Source: Leucoraja ocellata (lineage: Eukaryota). From it: DNA of 64,000 nt. This document shows positions 26,440-39,995 of this stretch, piece after piece. The position numbers and the translations under genes are program-made. Below the pieces are notes generated by a model that did not search any database, was not told the DNA's origin, and saw nothing but the letters and a program-made list of their open reading frames with translations. Numbering within the stretch: the first letter of the stretch is position 1; every line of letters begins with the position of its first letter. The DNA is taken from assembly GCA_036785375.1 (NCBI GenBank), contig JAWMAR010000175.1, positions 1,116,001 to 1,180,000 on the forward strand, given 5' to 3'.

Positions 26440-27088
26440 TGGTATGTTAGCTTTCATTGCAAAAAGATTTGAGTATAGGAGCAGGGAGGTTCTACTGCAG
26501 TTGTACAGGGTCTTGGTGAGACCACACCTGGAGTATTGCGTACAGTTTTGGTCTCCAAATCTGAGGAAGGACATTATTGCCATAGAGGGAGTGCAGAGAC
26601 GGTTCACCAGACTGATTCCTGGGATGTCAGGACTGTCTTATGAAGAAAGACTGGATAGACTTGGTTTATACTCTCTAGAATTTAGGAGATTGAGAGGGGA
26701 TCTTATAGAAACTTACAAAATTCTTAAGGGGTTGGACAGGCTAGATGCAGGAAGATTGTTCCCGATGTTAGGGAAGTCCAGGACAAGGGGTCACAGCTTA
26801 AGGATAAGGGGGAAATCCTTTAAAACCGAGATGAGAAGGACTTTTTTCACACAGAGAGTGGTGAATCTCTGGAACTCTCTGCCACAGAGGGTAGTCGAGG
26901 CCAGTTTGTTGGCTATATTTAAGAGGGAGTTAGATGTGGCCCTTGTGGCTAAGGGGATCAGGGGGTATGGAGAGAAGGCAGGTACGGGATACTGAGTTGG
27001 ATGATCAGCCATGATCATATTGAATGGCGGTGCAGGCTCGAAGGGCCGAATGGCCTACTCCTGCACCTAATTTCTATGTTTCTATGTT
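26440..27088 (+). mobile_element. Young CR1 LINE inserted just after the exon-3 splice donor
   Basis: Intact C-terminal frame, (TTTCTATG)n tail and apparent TSD TAAGAA (26434-26439 and 27089-27094). Confidence 0.92.
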
Positions 27089-27892
27089 TAAGAACAGCAG
27101 GGACAGGTGTGCTGACATATTCCAGTGGTGCACATCCACCGATCATGGACAATGGTGGTGGGTAGCACATGGTTCCACTGGCTGCTTCTATGATGTGATG
27201 TTCCACCTCTTGCCCACCTGGCTACGTCTGAAATTGCCCCCGACCCCCGAGCCTCCTCTCCCCGCTTAAAGCATCACCCCCACACCGTCCCCGAGCTTCA
27301 CAAGATCCAGGAGCAGAATTAGGCCATTTGGCCCATCCAACTCAACTCCGCCATTCTCCTGCCTTCACCACTTAACCCCTGGCACCTTTAGTTTCCATGA
27401 CTATTTACAATGTTAAGGTAGGAGGCTGATGTAAACCAGCTGAGGCAGAAGCTTTCAGTAGTGGGAAAGTATAGGGCCAGAGGGCTCAGCCTCAGAATAA
27501 AATGAGTTACCTACAGAGTGGAGATGAAGAGGAATTTATTTAGCCATTATTTTATTTTATTAGGTTGGTGAATTTGGGAGTGGAGATGGCAGTGGAGGCC
27601 GAGTCATTGGGTATTTTTAACATGGAGATTGCTAGGTTCCTGATTAGAACTGGTGTCAGGGATTATGGAGAGAAGGCTGGAGAATGGTGTTGAGTGGGAA
27701 AGATAGGTCAGCCGTGATTGAATGGCAGAGTAGACTTGATGGGCCAAATGGCCTAATTCTGTTCCTGTGTCTTATGGCCTTATATCACAACCTTAGCGAC
27801 CTGATGAAAATATTTCAATGTGCAGACAAAGTGAACAATGTTATATCGGTGTCTGATCAGTAGATAATTATGTTATCATTAAACCTTTATAG

Positions 27893-27988
27893 GCAAAGAA
27901 AATATGACTTGTGCTATAGGAAGAGTCACAGTCTTAGCTGTGGCAATGCTGATTGTGATGGCATCACTTGTTTGCTATTTCAAACGCA
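27893..27988 (+). CDS. IgSF receptor exon 4: transmembrane GKENMTCAIGRVTVLAVAMLIVMASLVCYFKR
   Basis: TTTATAG acceptor, GTAAGT donor, 96 nt, phase 1-1. Hydrophobic span followed by KR stop-transfer residues. Confidence 0.88.
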
Positions 27989-29550
27989 GTAAGTATTCTT
28001 TCTCATTTAATTAATTTATTGTTTTAAAACAAAGATTTCAGACATTCCCTTTGTTTTATGTTTGAGTTGCTGGCTGTTTCGGGTTGATATCACCGTGATG
28101 GGTTGTACAGGAAATAGTTAATGGCGCTGAATAACAGTTCCAAAACTGGGCTGGATTAATGAACATGATCAGATGTGAAGTCGAACTGATCAACAGGGAA
28201 TGAATGATGGCGGTGTGTTGGCATTTAGCCGGAGGTTGTGCGGTTGAGTTGGTCTTCATGGGGAAAATGGAATAAATCAGGGAACAAGATGAGTACAGCA
28301 CAGGAACAGGCCCTTCGGCCCACTATGTCTGTACCGGACATGATGCCCAGTTAAACTGATCTCATGTGCCTGTACATGATTCATACCCCTATTTCCCACA
28401 CATCAATGTGCCTTTCTAAAAGCCTCTTAAACGCCACTATTGTATCTGCTTCCACCTCCACCCCTGGCAGTGTGTTCCAGGACCTCACCACTCTGTGTAA
28501 AAAATAAACGCCCCGCACCTCCATTCCCCCCTCACCTACAAGTGATGTCCACACGCATTGGACATTTCCACCCTGGGGATACGTTTGTGACGGGTCTCCA
28601 CCATCCATGCCTCTCATCATTCTACAGGGAAAGCTGGCAGAAAGGCTGGTGTGTTGCGAGGAAACGGTCTACATCACGATTCTCTGCGACTCGAAGCCGG
28701 CTCAAGAAACGTGAGTTGATCTGCTCATCAGTCGACTGTTGACTCATTTCATGAGCAAATGTATTCTGGAACTCACATTTTGGGGCGGTGATTTGTGAAT
28801 TTGGGAAGAGCAACTTCACCTCACCCAAAGCCATTGTTATGGGGCCACCTGTACTTGAAGAGGCTTCACAGCGCCAGAGACCCGGTTTCGATCCTGACCT
28901 TGTGTGCTGTCTGAACGGAGTTTGCATGTTCGCCCTGTGACCACGTGGGTTTCCTCCGGGTGCTCCGGTTTGCTCCCAAAGACACGCCGGCAGTGAATTG
29001 GGTGCTGTGATGGCCAAAGGCTTCCAGGGCCATTGATTGGTGCAGAAGTTGTAGATATGCAGGAAATGTCCTGGCCTCCCATCCACCTCATTGAAGACCT
29101 TTGAACAATCGTTAATTTGACTTTGTTCAGACTTCAATGTTATATCTTTGCACTGAATATTGTTCCCTTTATCCGCGCGCTGTGGACAGCTTGTTTGTAA
29201 TCATTTCTAGTCTTTTCTTTGACTGGATAGCACACAAACGAAAGTATTTCACTGTTCCTCGGTACACGTGGCAATAATAAACTAAACTAAACTATGAAGA
29301 GCAGCTTAACAATGTCATTCAATGTAACGTGACCGTTATACTTACCAAGTGAGAACACATATCTAAATAGTTGAAACATTGACCGATCTTAGCTGATGGT
29401 TAATGAAATACATTGATGTAGTTTCCCGTCAAACTAGTTCAGTATTGTTAATGACGTCGGACTCTGGTAGAACATTAAGACCACATTGTGTTATAAATAA
29501 TAATCGCACTCGGTGTATAATACTGTACAATATGCTTTATTGCCTGCTAG

Positions 29551-29594
29551 GAAATAATGCGAGAATAACACTGCAGCAGCATACAGCATTATAA
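29551..29594 (+). CDS. IgSF receptor putative exon 5: short cytoplasmic tail RNNARITLQQHTAL*
   Basis: TTTATTGCCTGCTAG acceptor compatible with phase 1; TAA at 29592-29594. Gives a protein of ~289 aa. Confidence 0.5.
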
Positions 29595-31521
29595 CAGAGG
29601 GAAAGGAAAACGGTTTCAGTCACAAAACTAAACACAGGCAATAAACAGTACGCAATATAAAATGATCATCTGTCAAATTATGCAACTTTTATATAATTAG
29701 TGGCTTTAAACTCTTAATTATCAGTAGTAAAATTTCTGAATTCAATTTCTACAGAGCATATTAGTAAGAAATATATACGGGACTCTGCTCAAAGCAATAC
29801 AAAGGAGCTATGTACACAGGCACCATCTGTAACAGGAACTGATTCTCCTGTAATAGGGATATCCTAACATCACCAAGAATTCTGCTTCACTTTTTCAGAA
29901 TTATACTTCACTGAAATGACTCTTCCAGGAACATCGAAGCGATGACCCACTGCAGTCCCCCAGTTACCGTAAGTGTGTTTCACCAAGTAGCTTACAATCC
30001 CTGTTCCCTGCAAGATTCAGCAACAACAACAGTCATGCCATTAACCCTTTCAATGTATATTATGAACTGTAGTACTCTGTGGAACACAGTGCAGCTAAAT
30101 GCTGCGGCATCTACTTTGTTGCCTGCAACAATAGTAAAAAAGGCAAATGTTTCAATATGTTGATGATCACCACCACTGCTCTGGTTACCAAGGCTGCAGG
30201 TGATTTTAAACACCACCATCTGACAAACCACAAGAGCCATTTCCAAGCATGGTGGTCTCCCTGTAGCACAAGGTGAGCCAGGACCCCTGAACATCAAACA
30301 ACTCACTGCAGTGGATCTCAGGTTTCACAGCCGATGGGGGATTTCTTGTCTTTCAATGTCCTGCTCTTTGGGTGTCTGTTGACACAGACAACAAAGTCCA
30401 AAGAGACCCGTTGTATCTGGGACCAGCACTGAGCAAAGAGCCGTCAGCCTCTGGCGTTTGGATCTGAGTGAGGAATTGTATTGCGGGAAATGTAATGTCA
30501 ATGTTTTGGTGAATGAAGTTATGCCGTAAAGTGCCTGATCCAGGAATTTGATCAGTCCCTTCCTGAGTTTTCCATGGTTTACATGCCGTAATGGCACGAT
30601 GGGTAGCGATGTTTACAGTGACACATCTGAAACTCTGAACTTTCATGTTAGCGGTACAATCAATGTGGATCAAAGGTCTCCAACAACAGAAGGGAAGAAC
30701 TGCTGATTGTGATCTCCCTCTCCTAATGCAGTATTAATATCAAAACCACCGGTTCATGCAGGGATGTGGGTAGTTTCCCCACAGGAAAGGAAAGTTAATG
30801 GCTGGACAGTCCAGCCCAGTCTGGCAGAGTGGACGTTCACTTCAAGAAACATCTCCACACACTGCTAAATATTGGGGAGTTAGCATTTAATTCAGAGAAC
30901 CAAAGAAAGTCATAACATGGCTCTATTTCAATAACGGCTTCAATCTAGACTTTAATTGAAAGTAATCAAAGTTACTACGTGAACCTAGAATGGAATTTAC
31001 ACAAAAAAATGTGTTCAAACTAAATCTATTACTTTTTAATGAGTAATGTAAATGTTTGTTTTTTAGGCTTCATAATGGATTTACATTGTGACTGGTGGAC
31101 ACAAGAGTAACAATGACGCTTCCTGTTCAAAGTTCCTTATTTCTAATTTTTTTATATTAATGAAGCATTAAATACGCAAGTTGCTGTGTTATTTATCTTG
31201 CTTAATTCAAATATTAGCGATTTCTATTTTGTGCAAAGAGCATTAGACAAATACTGAAATGTACTTGTTGGTCTGGGATGATTGGTGGGTGGACTAATCT
31301 TCCTTTAAAACACTTTGATAATATTTCAACCAAAACCTAAAGGTTGTGGTTTATACATTGACAGAAACTAATGCTGAACCTTTAAACTAATCAACATGGT
31401 TCTGACTCGATGCGGTATTTGACTATCTGCTGTTTATTCTAATGAAATACAATTCCTTTAATACTTCTTGTAAATCAGAAAACATCCCTGTATTTTTCAA
31501 GTCAAGTCAAGTCAAGATTTA

Positions 31522-32028
31522 GTCAACAAAATAGAGAGAGTACAGAGGAGATTTACTAGAATGTTGCCTGGGTTTCAGCAACTAAGTTACAGAGAAAGGT
31601 TGAACAAGTTAGGGCTTTATTCTTTGGAGCGCAGAAGGTTAAGGGGGGACTTGATAGAGGTTTTTAAAATGATGAGAGGGATAGACAGAGTTGACGTGGA
31701 AAAGCTTTTCCCACTGAGAGTAGGGAAGATTCAAACAAGGGGACATGACTTGAGAATTAAGGGACTGAAGTTTAGGGGTAACATGAGGGGGGACTTCTTT
31801 ACTCAGAGAGTGGTAGCTGTGTGGAATGAGCTTCCAGTGAAGGTGGTGGAGGCAGGTTCATTTTTATCATTTAAAAATAAATTGGATAGTTATATGGACG
31901 GGAAGGGAATGGAGGGTTATGGTCTGAGCGCAGGTATATGGGACTAGGGGAGATTATGTGTTCGGCACGGACTAGAAGGGTCGAGATGGCCTGTTTCCGT
32001 GCTGTAATTGTTATATGGTTATATGGTT
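31522..32028 (+). mobile_element. CR1 LINE 3' end inserted into the tail of a minus-strand L2 fragment (31497-32180)
   Basis: ORF 31561-31947. (TCAAG)n lies on the left and the L2 stem-loop on the right. Confidence 0.88.
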
Positions 32029-33223
32029 AAGTCACTTTTATTTCTATAGCACATTTAAAAAACATCTCTTGTTGACCAAAGTGCTTTACATTGGTGGAGG
32101 TACTAATGTTATACAACAGTGGTTCATAGATTAAGTACATACATAAATACATACATATAGCCGTCCCTCAGAGGAGGTCAAGAAAAATCAACTATACATT
32201 ATTACATCAATCTATCCCCATCTAAAAAATATAAATATTTCAGTCTATTGCAGTTCACTAATCCAGCCCAGTTTTACAAATACTGGAATCACTTTAATTG
32301 GCCAAAACTAATTTGTGCTAATAAATTATGAAATTGCACCATGGATTTGGTCAACACATTGGGTGCATTACACTGCTCTCTGCCTCCCTGCGGGCCACCT
32401 GTGCTGGCCACCTGTGCAAGTTACCTGTGTTTAACGGCAGGTAAGCACCAGCTTATCACTGAATATCCTCTCTCTCATTAATTGGGTATTTTACTGGTCC
32501 AGTTATTATGGTCAAAGCTGCAACCTGTGACCACACGAGTCTGATATAAACACACACGTTCATACACACAACAGGCTCGGTAGACGGACTTTTCTTTCAA
32601 ATCTAGATTTTCCAAAATTACATTTTTCTTAAACAATGTGTAAGAAACGCTATTGCAAATGAACCTTTTGGCTACAAATATGTTGCTACAGCACTAACTA
32701 AGACATGACAATATCAAAGGGTTTACATTTTGTAAAGCCACATTTGTTTTCAGTTCCAATTTCAGAGAAACCTTATCGTTTTTGGCCAAACCAATCTCTG
32801 CTTTGTTTGCTAATCTATGCTTTACAATTGAAGATAAAAAGGAAATGACAAGTTATATTATCTGTTAAAGTTCTAACCATTTAAAATAAACATCTCCAAT
32901 AAAATTGTGCATGTTAGAGCTGAATGATGAAATTCTATCTAGAAGTGAAGAGCAATATCCCTCGTTCTCTTGTCTGAATAAATTATTAATTACAGGCAGC
33001 AATAGTTTGTTGCCATTCCCATTCTAATTCAGAGTATTCTTTAACAACAAGCCTATTAATTCTCTGCAACAATTATTTATTTGTATGACACAGGGTCAGA
33101 AAAATTGAGTGACATCAACTTGGTCTCAAACAAACGTAACTGGGCTAAGTTTCCAATCAGAACGAGACACATCTCCCATCTTTATAGATAATGGAGATAT
33201 GCCTTAAAGAAGGTTCAACTGCC

Positions 33224-33283
33224 TCCTTCCTTCCTTCCTTCCTTCCTTCCTTCCTTCCTTCCTTCCTTCCTTCCTTCCTTCCT
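33224..33283 (+). repeat. (TTCC)n microsatellite
   Basis: Read directly. Confidence 0.97.
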
Positions 33284-35244
33284 ACAGGAGTATGAACTCC
33301 CACTACACACACAAGACAATCCTTACTGCCTCACCCATTACACTCACAATGGAAATTGTGACTGGTCATTGCATTTCTTCATAACAAAAGCTACTTCAAA
33401 TACACAAATATAAATGATGCATGTGATGCTTTGTAAGTAAAACACTTACATTGAAGATTAGATAAGTCTCTGTACAAACCAGGCTGTGACTGTCCGGACA
33501 TTTCCCCTACAGATTAAATTAAATTCTTAGGTAACTAAAACGAAGGAAGTAACATGTAGGGGACATGATATCATTTTAGTTACACATTAATCACAAGCAG
33601 TCCCAGTGGGTGGAACAGTTTAGGAGCCTCACAGAATTATTGCAACTTACGTGGATGTAGTAGTGATAGAAGGATTGTTGTGGTCACAATCATCTCTGAA
33701 TTGATTTGATAACTCAATCCTCAACGATTCAGCATTTAAAACAAATAATCAGAATGACGTTTGGTAATATGCAACCCTGATTTATAAATATTTGAGGAAT
33801 GTTTCCAATGGTAAATGTTTCCAATATCAAGATGCCAATGAATGAAATGCCATGAGGAAAGCATCCATTTGCAGGTGATGGTGATGAAGGTTCATCGCCT
33901 GCTGTTCACGGTGACCATCTCTACTCTTCCTCCCACAGCCTCACGTTCACCGGGTAATATCGGCTCTCTATCAAACTTCTTCTAAAGTTATGGTATTGGG
34001 GCGTAGGCCTGGAGAAGGTTCTGGCACAGACCTTATTCTCACACGGTTTATCCCTTCAGATGCACACAAGGGCCAAAGTGAATGGGCAGATGTTTCGAGC
34101 AGTTATCAATGAGACACCCCTACAGACAACAACATTCATCCTACTGCCCCCTGCTGTACAACTGTGGCATTGACAGCAAACTCGCCCTGTGCTCACCACT
34201 GCAGCGACAACAGAAGCAGCGTTACAGAGAGGATGTGTCTGTCCTCCCCGCTCCCCCTCATCCACTAACTCTCACGTTGTCCATTGTAAGCAACTGGCCA
34301 CACTCAAGGAACAGGCACCATGGCAGAGTTGGGGCATCCAATTACCGCTGTTACAACCTCACACATGTCTATGTTGGTGATCAAATGTTGCAGTCTTTTC
34401 ACATGCTAAAAAAAGTGATATCAAGTGCAATAAGCTATACTTCAAAATAGTCACACTCTCTCGCTATAATTCAAAGAAGGGTCATCGATGAACTCGATAT
34501 CCCACCTATCAATGTCATGGAAACTTCACTTAACAGTAAAACAAACAAAATAAATGCAAAAATACAATGAATTATATTCTACTTGGTCAGGCATAAAAAG
34601 TAGACATTTTTATCATTATACTCAACTTGTGAAAAAGCATTGTAACATTTAAATACAGTTACTTTGTGTACTTCTCCATTTTAAATATTAGCTAGACTTT
34701 GGGCAAAAGCTGGTTTCTACAACAAGGAGAGACGTTATTTCTAATGACAAGCAAAGGATGACAATTTCACAAAACGTTAACAAGATGTTATTTACAGCTA
34801 GTGTGTGAAAAGGAGAAACCAAATATAGTATGAAGCGCGGCGTTGTCTGCGCGTGTAAAAGATCATGTCACCAGGATGGGCCGTCTGGGCACATTATCTG
34901 GGCCTCACCGTCACCTGTAATCTGCAGCTTCTGCACAAAGTAACGGCCAATTTACAATTAAACGCACGTTTGTTTACAGCTCCCTGTATTGTTCTGGTGA
35001 GAAAAGTGCATCCATCTTGTGTGTCAGCTCAGAATAAATGGCAGTTTCAATCAGTCTGACCAATTTATTGACATTGCCATAGAATCATACTGCACTGAAA
35101 CAGGCCCTTCAGCAGAACCTGCTCATGCTGACCATGTTGCCCCATCCACAGCAGTCCCACATGCCCGTGTTTGGCCCATGTCCATACAATCCATGTTCGT
35201 ATCAAAAGTTGTTATTGTACCTCCCACCACCTCGTGCAGATAGT

Positions 35245-36055
35245 TTAGTTTTAGTTTTTTTGGTTTAGTTTAGTTTAGAGATACAGCGCAGAAACAGGCC
35301 CTTCGGCCCACCGAGTCCACACTGACGCGATCCCCGCATATGATACATGACAATTTTACCAAGCTAATTAGCCTAGAACCCTGTGCGTCTTTGGAAGGAA
35401 TCTGAAGATCTTGGAGAAAAGCCACACAGGTCACGGGGAGAACAAACAAACTACGTACAGACAGCACCCGTAGTCGCGATCAAACCCGGGCCTCTGCCGC
35501 TGTAAGGCAGCAACTCCACCGTTGCATCACCATGCCGCAGATAGATAAGGGTTGGTCTTAGACAATGGACAATAGACAGTAGGTGCAGGAGTAGGCCATT
35601 GGGCCCTTCGAGTCAGCACCGCCATTCAATGTGATCATGGCTGATCATCCCCAATCAGTACCCCGTTCCTGCCTTCTCCCCATATCCCCTGACTCCGCTA
35701 TTTTTAAGAGCCCTATCTAGCTCTCTCTTGAAAGCATCCAGAGAACCGGTCTCCACCTCCCTGAGGCAGAGAATTCCACAGATTCACCAATCTGTGAGAA
35801 AAAGTGTTTCCTCGTCTCCGTTCTAAATGGCTTACCCCTTATTTTTAAACTGTGGCCCCTGGTTCTGGACTCCCCCAACATCGGGAACATGTTTCCTGCC
35901 TCTAGCGTGTCCAAACCCTTAACAATCTTATATGTTTCAATGAGATATCCTCTCATCCTTCTGTACAAGCCCAGCTGCTCCATTCTCTCAGCATATGACA
36001 GTCCCGCCATCCTGGGAATTAACCTTGTGAACCTACGCTGCACTCCCTCAATAGC
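35245..36055 (-). mobile_element. tRNA-SINE (35245-35535) and CR1 3' end (35560-36055)
   Basis: (TTTAG)n tail and SINE body; CR1 peptide AIEGVQRRFTRLIP. Confidence 0.85.
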
Positions 36056-37704
36056 AAATCTTGGCATCATGTTTAGCACGGACACTGTGGGCCGAAGGGC
36101 CTGTTCCTGTGCTTTACTGTTCCATGCTCTTATTTGAAATGAACCATTTTGTATCTGTACATTTTGCCACAAATAGTGGATTTTTATAGCGTATTTTTAA
36201 TCCTAGATTCCCGACAATGGAGAGAGTTCAAATTCAGTTCTAAACTCATTTTGCCGTGGTCTTCTCTGCCTTGGTTTGATCTACCTCTGCAAGCTGCCGT
36301 TCTATTGACTCACTGTGACAGGCAACATGAGACGGGCCATCTTGCGAGAACTATAACAAATAAAACAAGTACGTTTCTTGCAGTGATCTATTGTAACGAC
36401 GCTCCACTTGAAAGCATAGACGGTCTGGTAAATTGTGTAATTTATCACCACTGTGCCGTACATAACAATTCGAGGCACGATTACATGGATTTAATTACAT
36501 CACAACACATTATAGTGTCACACTGTACAACCTAACAGTCTCAAGTGGGCACTTAGATCATCGAGTATAAATGTACGTAGCTCTCGGTGTGTGGAACATG
36601 CACTGGGAGTTTAGTGTGTGTCCATGCTCCATGCCATGAATATTTACATGTACAACTCTAACACTGCAGCTGGCCCATACAATTACTCCGGCATGTTGTG
36701 TCTATCTTCAGTGTAAACCAGCATCTGCAGTTCCTTCCTACACGATACAATAACTATGAAGGTTCGAGAGCTGGAGTCATCGTGAGAAAGATTTACTAGA
36801 CAGCAACATTAATCTTGGTTGGCACCTTGATCAGTTAATGTCCAATTGGTCCACACTTGATAACTATTTCATGACATGGAGATGATCCGAAAATATAAAT
36901 TAAAATATTTTTAAAATAAAATGTAGGCCTTCAAATTGGTGCCGGATTACATGATAAATCCATACTCAAAATGTGTGGAGATGAAGATATACTTACACAT
37001 TCTGCATTAGCCCAGGTCACTAGCAGTGCGTGGACAAAACACCAACTAACTACTGCTGTATGATTCATAAAGGGAGCCATGCTGATGACAGCATTATTGG
37101 TTCTGGTCACGTGTGTGAACAGATAGGAAAACAAGGAACTGCAGATGCTGGATGACAAAAAATACACAAAGTGCCAGACTAACTCAACAGGTCAGGTAGT
37201 AGCTCTAGAGAACAAGGAGAGGTCGGGTCTCTTCACCCTGACCTGCCCACCAGTGGGAGATTCTTGCCTCAGAATTAAAGGACATAGATATTGGCGTTTC
37301 AGAGCTCAGGTACAGGGTTTCAAGCTTCAAGAAGCAACACCGAGCTTCACGGGGCTTCACAAAGCCTACACATTTACTAGAAACAGAGAACTGCAAGTGC
37401 TGGTTAATACACAACAAGACACAAAGTGCTGGAGTAACTCGGGTCGGGACCCTTCTTCATACAGAAGGGGATTGTCCAAATTGCAACATTAAATCAGTTG
37501 CCTGATATAGAATAGATTTTTATTTAATAATTCACCAGAAGAATTAATAGTTCACCAGTAGGATTATTACAATATTGAATTATTAGTAATAAATGAGTCA
37601 CCAGCTGTAGACAGCAAGAGAGGTGCCGGGTTTGAAGAAGAACACTGTGTGGAGACTGAACGTTTGCGATGCTGTGACTGTGGGGTGGCCTCTGGTGGGT
37701 GCGT

Positions 37705-37838
37705 TCATGATTCACGGGCACAGCCCTGTCCGAGCAGATGGTAGACGGCATGTTCATTCCCAAGGTGCTCCGTCCTCACTGGCTCCACATTCTCTACACT
37801 CTCCGCCCTGGACTTTATCGATCTCACCTCCTTCTTCA
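37705..37838 (-). other. Candidate orphan terminal coding exon KKEVRSIKSRAESVENVEPVRTEHLGNEHAVYHLLGQGCARES*
   Basis: Strong acceptor TTTGGTTTATTGCAG, open phase-1 frame to TGA, YxxL motif, and minus-strand AATAAA at 37519-37524. Confidence 0.4.
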
Positions 37839-39301
37839 CTGCAATAAACCAAAGAGGAAAACTCTAAGGGGAACTCAGCTCAACAGCTGCAGTGTGCAAG
37901 CCATGTTGACTACAGCAAGGTGAATGGTTTAAAATCACATTGGACACATTCAGCCACGGGGCACTGAACTACACTGCTGAAAATGATACACGTGTCAGGG
38001 GTTATGGGGAGAAGGCAGGGGGGAGAGATAGATCAGCCATGATGGAATGGTGGAGTTGACGTGATGGGCCGAATGGCCTAAATCTGCTCCTATCACTTAT
38101 GAACATGAACATAAGTTATGAGTTTCATCTCATTGAAACTCACTGAATAGTGAAAGGTTCTGAAAGAGTGGATGTGGAGAGGATGTTTCCACTAGTGGGA
38201 GAGTCTTGGACTAGAGGTCACAGCCTCAGAATTAAAGGATGTTCCTTTAAGAAGGAGATGAGGAGGAATTTCTTTAGTCAGAGGGTGGTGAATCTGCATA
38301 ATTCATTGCTACTGAAGTCTGAGGAGGACAAGTTAATGGATACTTTTCAGGCAGAGATAAATAGACTTTTGATTAGTTTTTGGGGGAGAAGGCAGGAGAA
38401 TGGGGTTAGGAGGGAGAGATAGATCAGCCATGATTGAATGGTGGAGTAGACATGATGGGCCAAATGGCCTTATTCCCACACTGACCCTTCAGCTCCTATC
38501 GCTTAGAACTCATGAACAAGCGGCCAGCTATCTGAAACATCAAATGCTGCAGCAATTTTAAATATATTGTTAAAATTAACTGCATTCAGAATAAAACATA
38601 TATACTAAACAAAAACCATATGGAAACTTCTCACACATTCTTAGTCCCTCAGCAGCGGTGGGAATTGTAGACACACCAGCCCTCTGCGTCTGTGAGAGGA
38701 ACAGCCACGTTCCTGATGTCCTTCTCTGCCCCAACGCTGGACACCAGGAGTGGCACCAGCACCTCATCGTACGAGCACAGACTAGGCAGACCCTCACGAG
38801 GGAGAATGAGGTGGAGGAGGCTTCCGTGATCCCAACCTGTGTGTCCCAGAGAGGGAGCAGAGCCCCAGAGCCAGGCAGAGGGGCTGAAGTCCAACGGCAA
38901 TTCTAGACAGACGGCACGGCATTCACTTGTGGGATCACAGTGGCACCCGGCACTGTTCTGTGATTCCATTGGTAAGAATGGAACTCGTTGCCATTGTCAT
39001 TGACCAATGAGCATGGACACAGGCCATTCGGCCCATCTCATCCATTCCGACCATATTGCCTTCCTGAGCTAGTCCCGTTCGCTTGCATTTGGCCCACATC
39101 CCTCTAAACCATTCCTATCCCTGTACCTGTCCAATTGTCTTTCACACATTGAGCTGAACAACTCAACTAAGCTTGTATGCTGAGGCTTTATAAGACACTG
39201 GTCAGATCGCATATGGAATATTGTGAGCAATTCTGGGCCCCATTTCTGAGGAGGATGTGCTGGAGAGGGCCCAGAGGAGGTTTCTGAGAATTATCCCAGG
39301 C

Positions 39302-39995
39302 AAAGTAGGCATGCAGGTGCAGCAGGCAGTGAAGAAGGCGAATGGTGTGTTAGTATTCATAGCAAAAGGATTTGAGTATAGGAGCAGGGAGGTTCTGCTG
39401 CAGTTGTACGGGGTCTTGGTGAGACCACACCTGGAGTATTGCGTACAGTTTTGGTCTCCTAATCTGAGGAAAGACATTCTTGCCATAGAGGGAGTACAGA
39501 GAAGGTTCACCAGACTGATTCCTGGGATGTCAGGACTTTCATATGAAGAAAGACTGGATAGACTCGGCTTGTACTCGCTAGAATTTAGAAGATTGAAGGG
39601 GGATCTTATAGAAACTTGCAAAATTCTTAAGGGGTTGGACAGGCTAGATGCAGGAAGATTGTTTCCAATGTTGGGGAAGTCCAGAACAAGGGGTCACAGT
39701 TTAAAGATAAGGGGGAAATCTTTTAGGACCGAGATGAGGAAAACATTTTTTACACAGAGAGTGGTGAATCTCTGGAATTCTCTGCCCCAGAAGGTAGTTG
39801 AGGCCAGTTCGTTGGCTATATTTAAGAGGGAGATAGATGTGGCCCTTGTGGCTAAAGGGTTTAGGGGGTATGGAGAGAAGGCAGGTACAGGATACTGAGT
39901 TGGATGATCAGCCATGATCATATTGAATGGCGGTGCAGGCTCGAAGGGCTGAATGGCCTACTCCTGCACCTATTTTCTATGTTTCTATGTTTCTA
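39302..39995 (+). mobile_element. Young CR1 LINE nested in an older CR1 (39170-40380)
   Basis: ORF 39257-39898 and (TTTCTATG)n tail; the older copy resumes at ~39996. Confidence 0.9.

Noticed and set aside
26144-26995. 283-aa ORF looking like an Ig-RT fusion gene
   Set aside because: A canonical donor at 26433 and a TSD show it is an exon plus an intronic CR1. Kept only as a possible read-through isoform.
32390-32445. Cluster of CACCTG/CAGGTA E-box-like motifs
   Set aside because: Short motifs in a small tandem duplication; no independent evidence of enhancer function.
33874-33953. Exon-like block MVMKVHRLLFTVTISTLPPTASRSP with AG/GT ends
   Set aside because: Poor signal peptide and no convincing downstream exon; cannot be supported.
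36149-36535. 128-aa ORF in non-repeat sequence
   Set aside because: No recognisable domain, non-ATG start and no clear exon chain.
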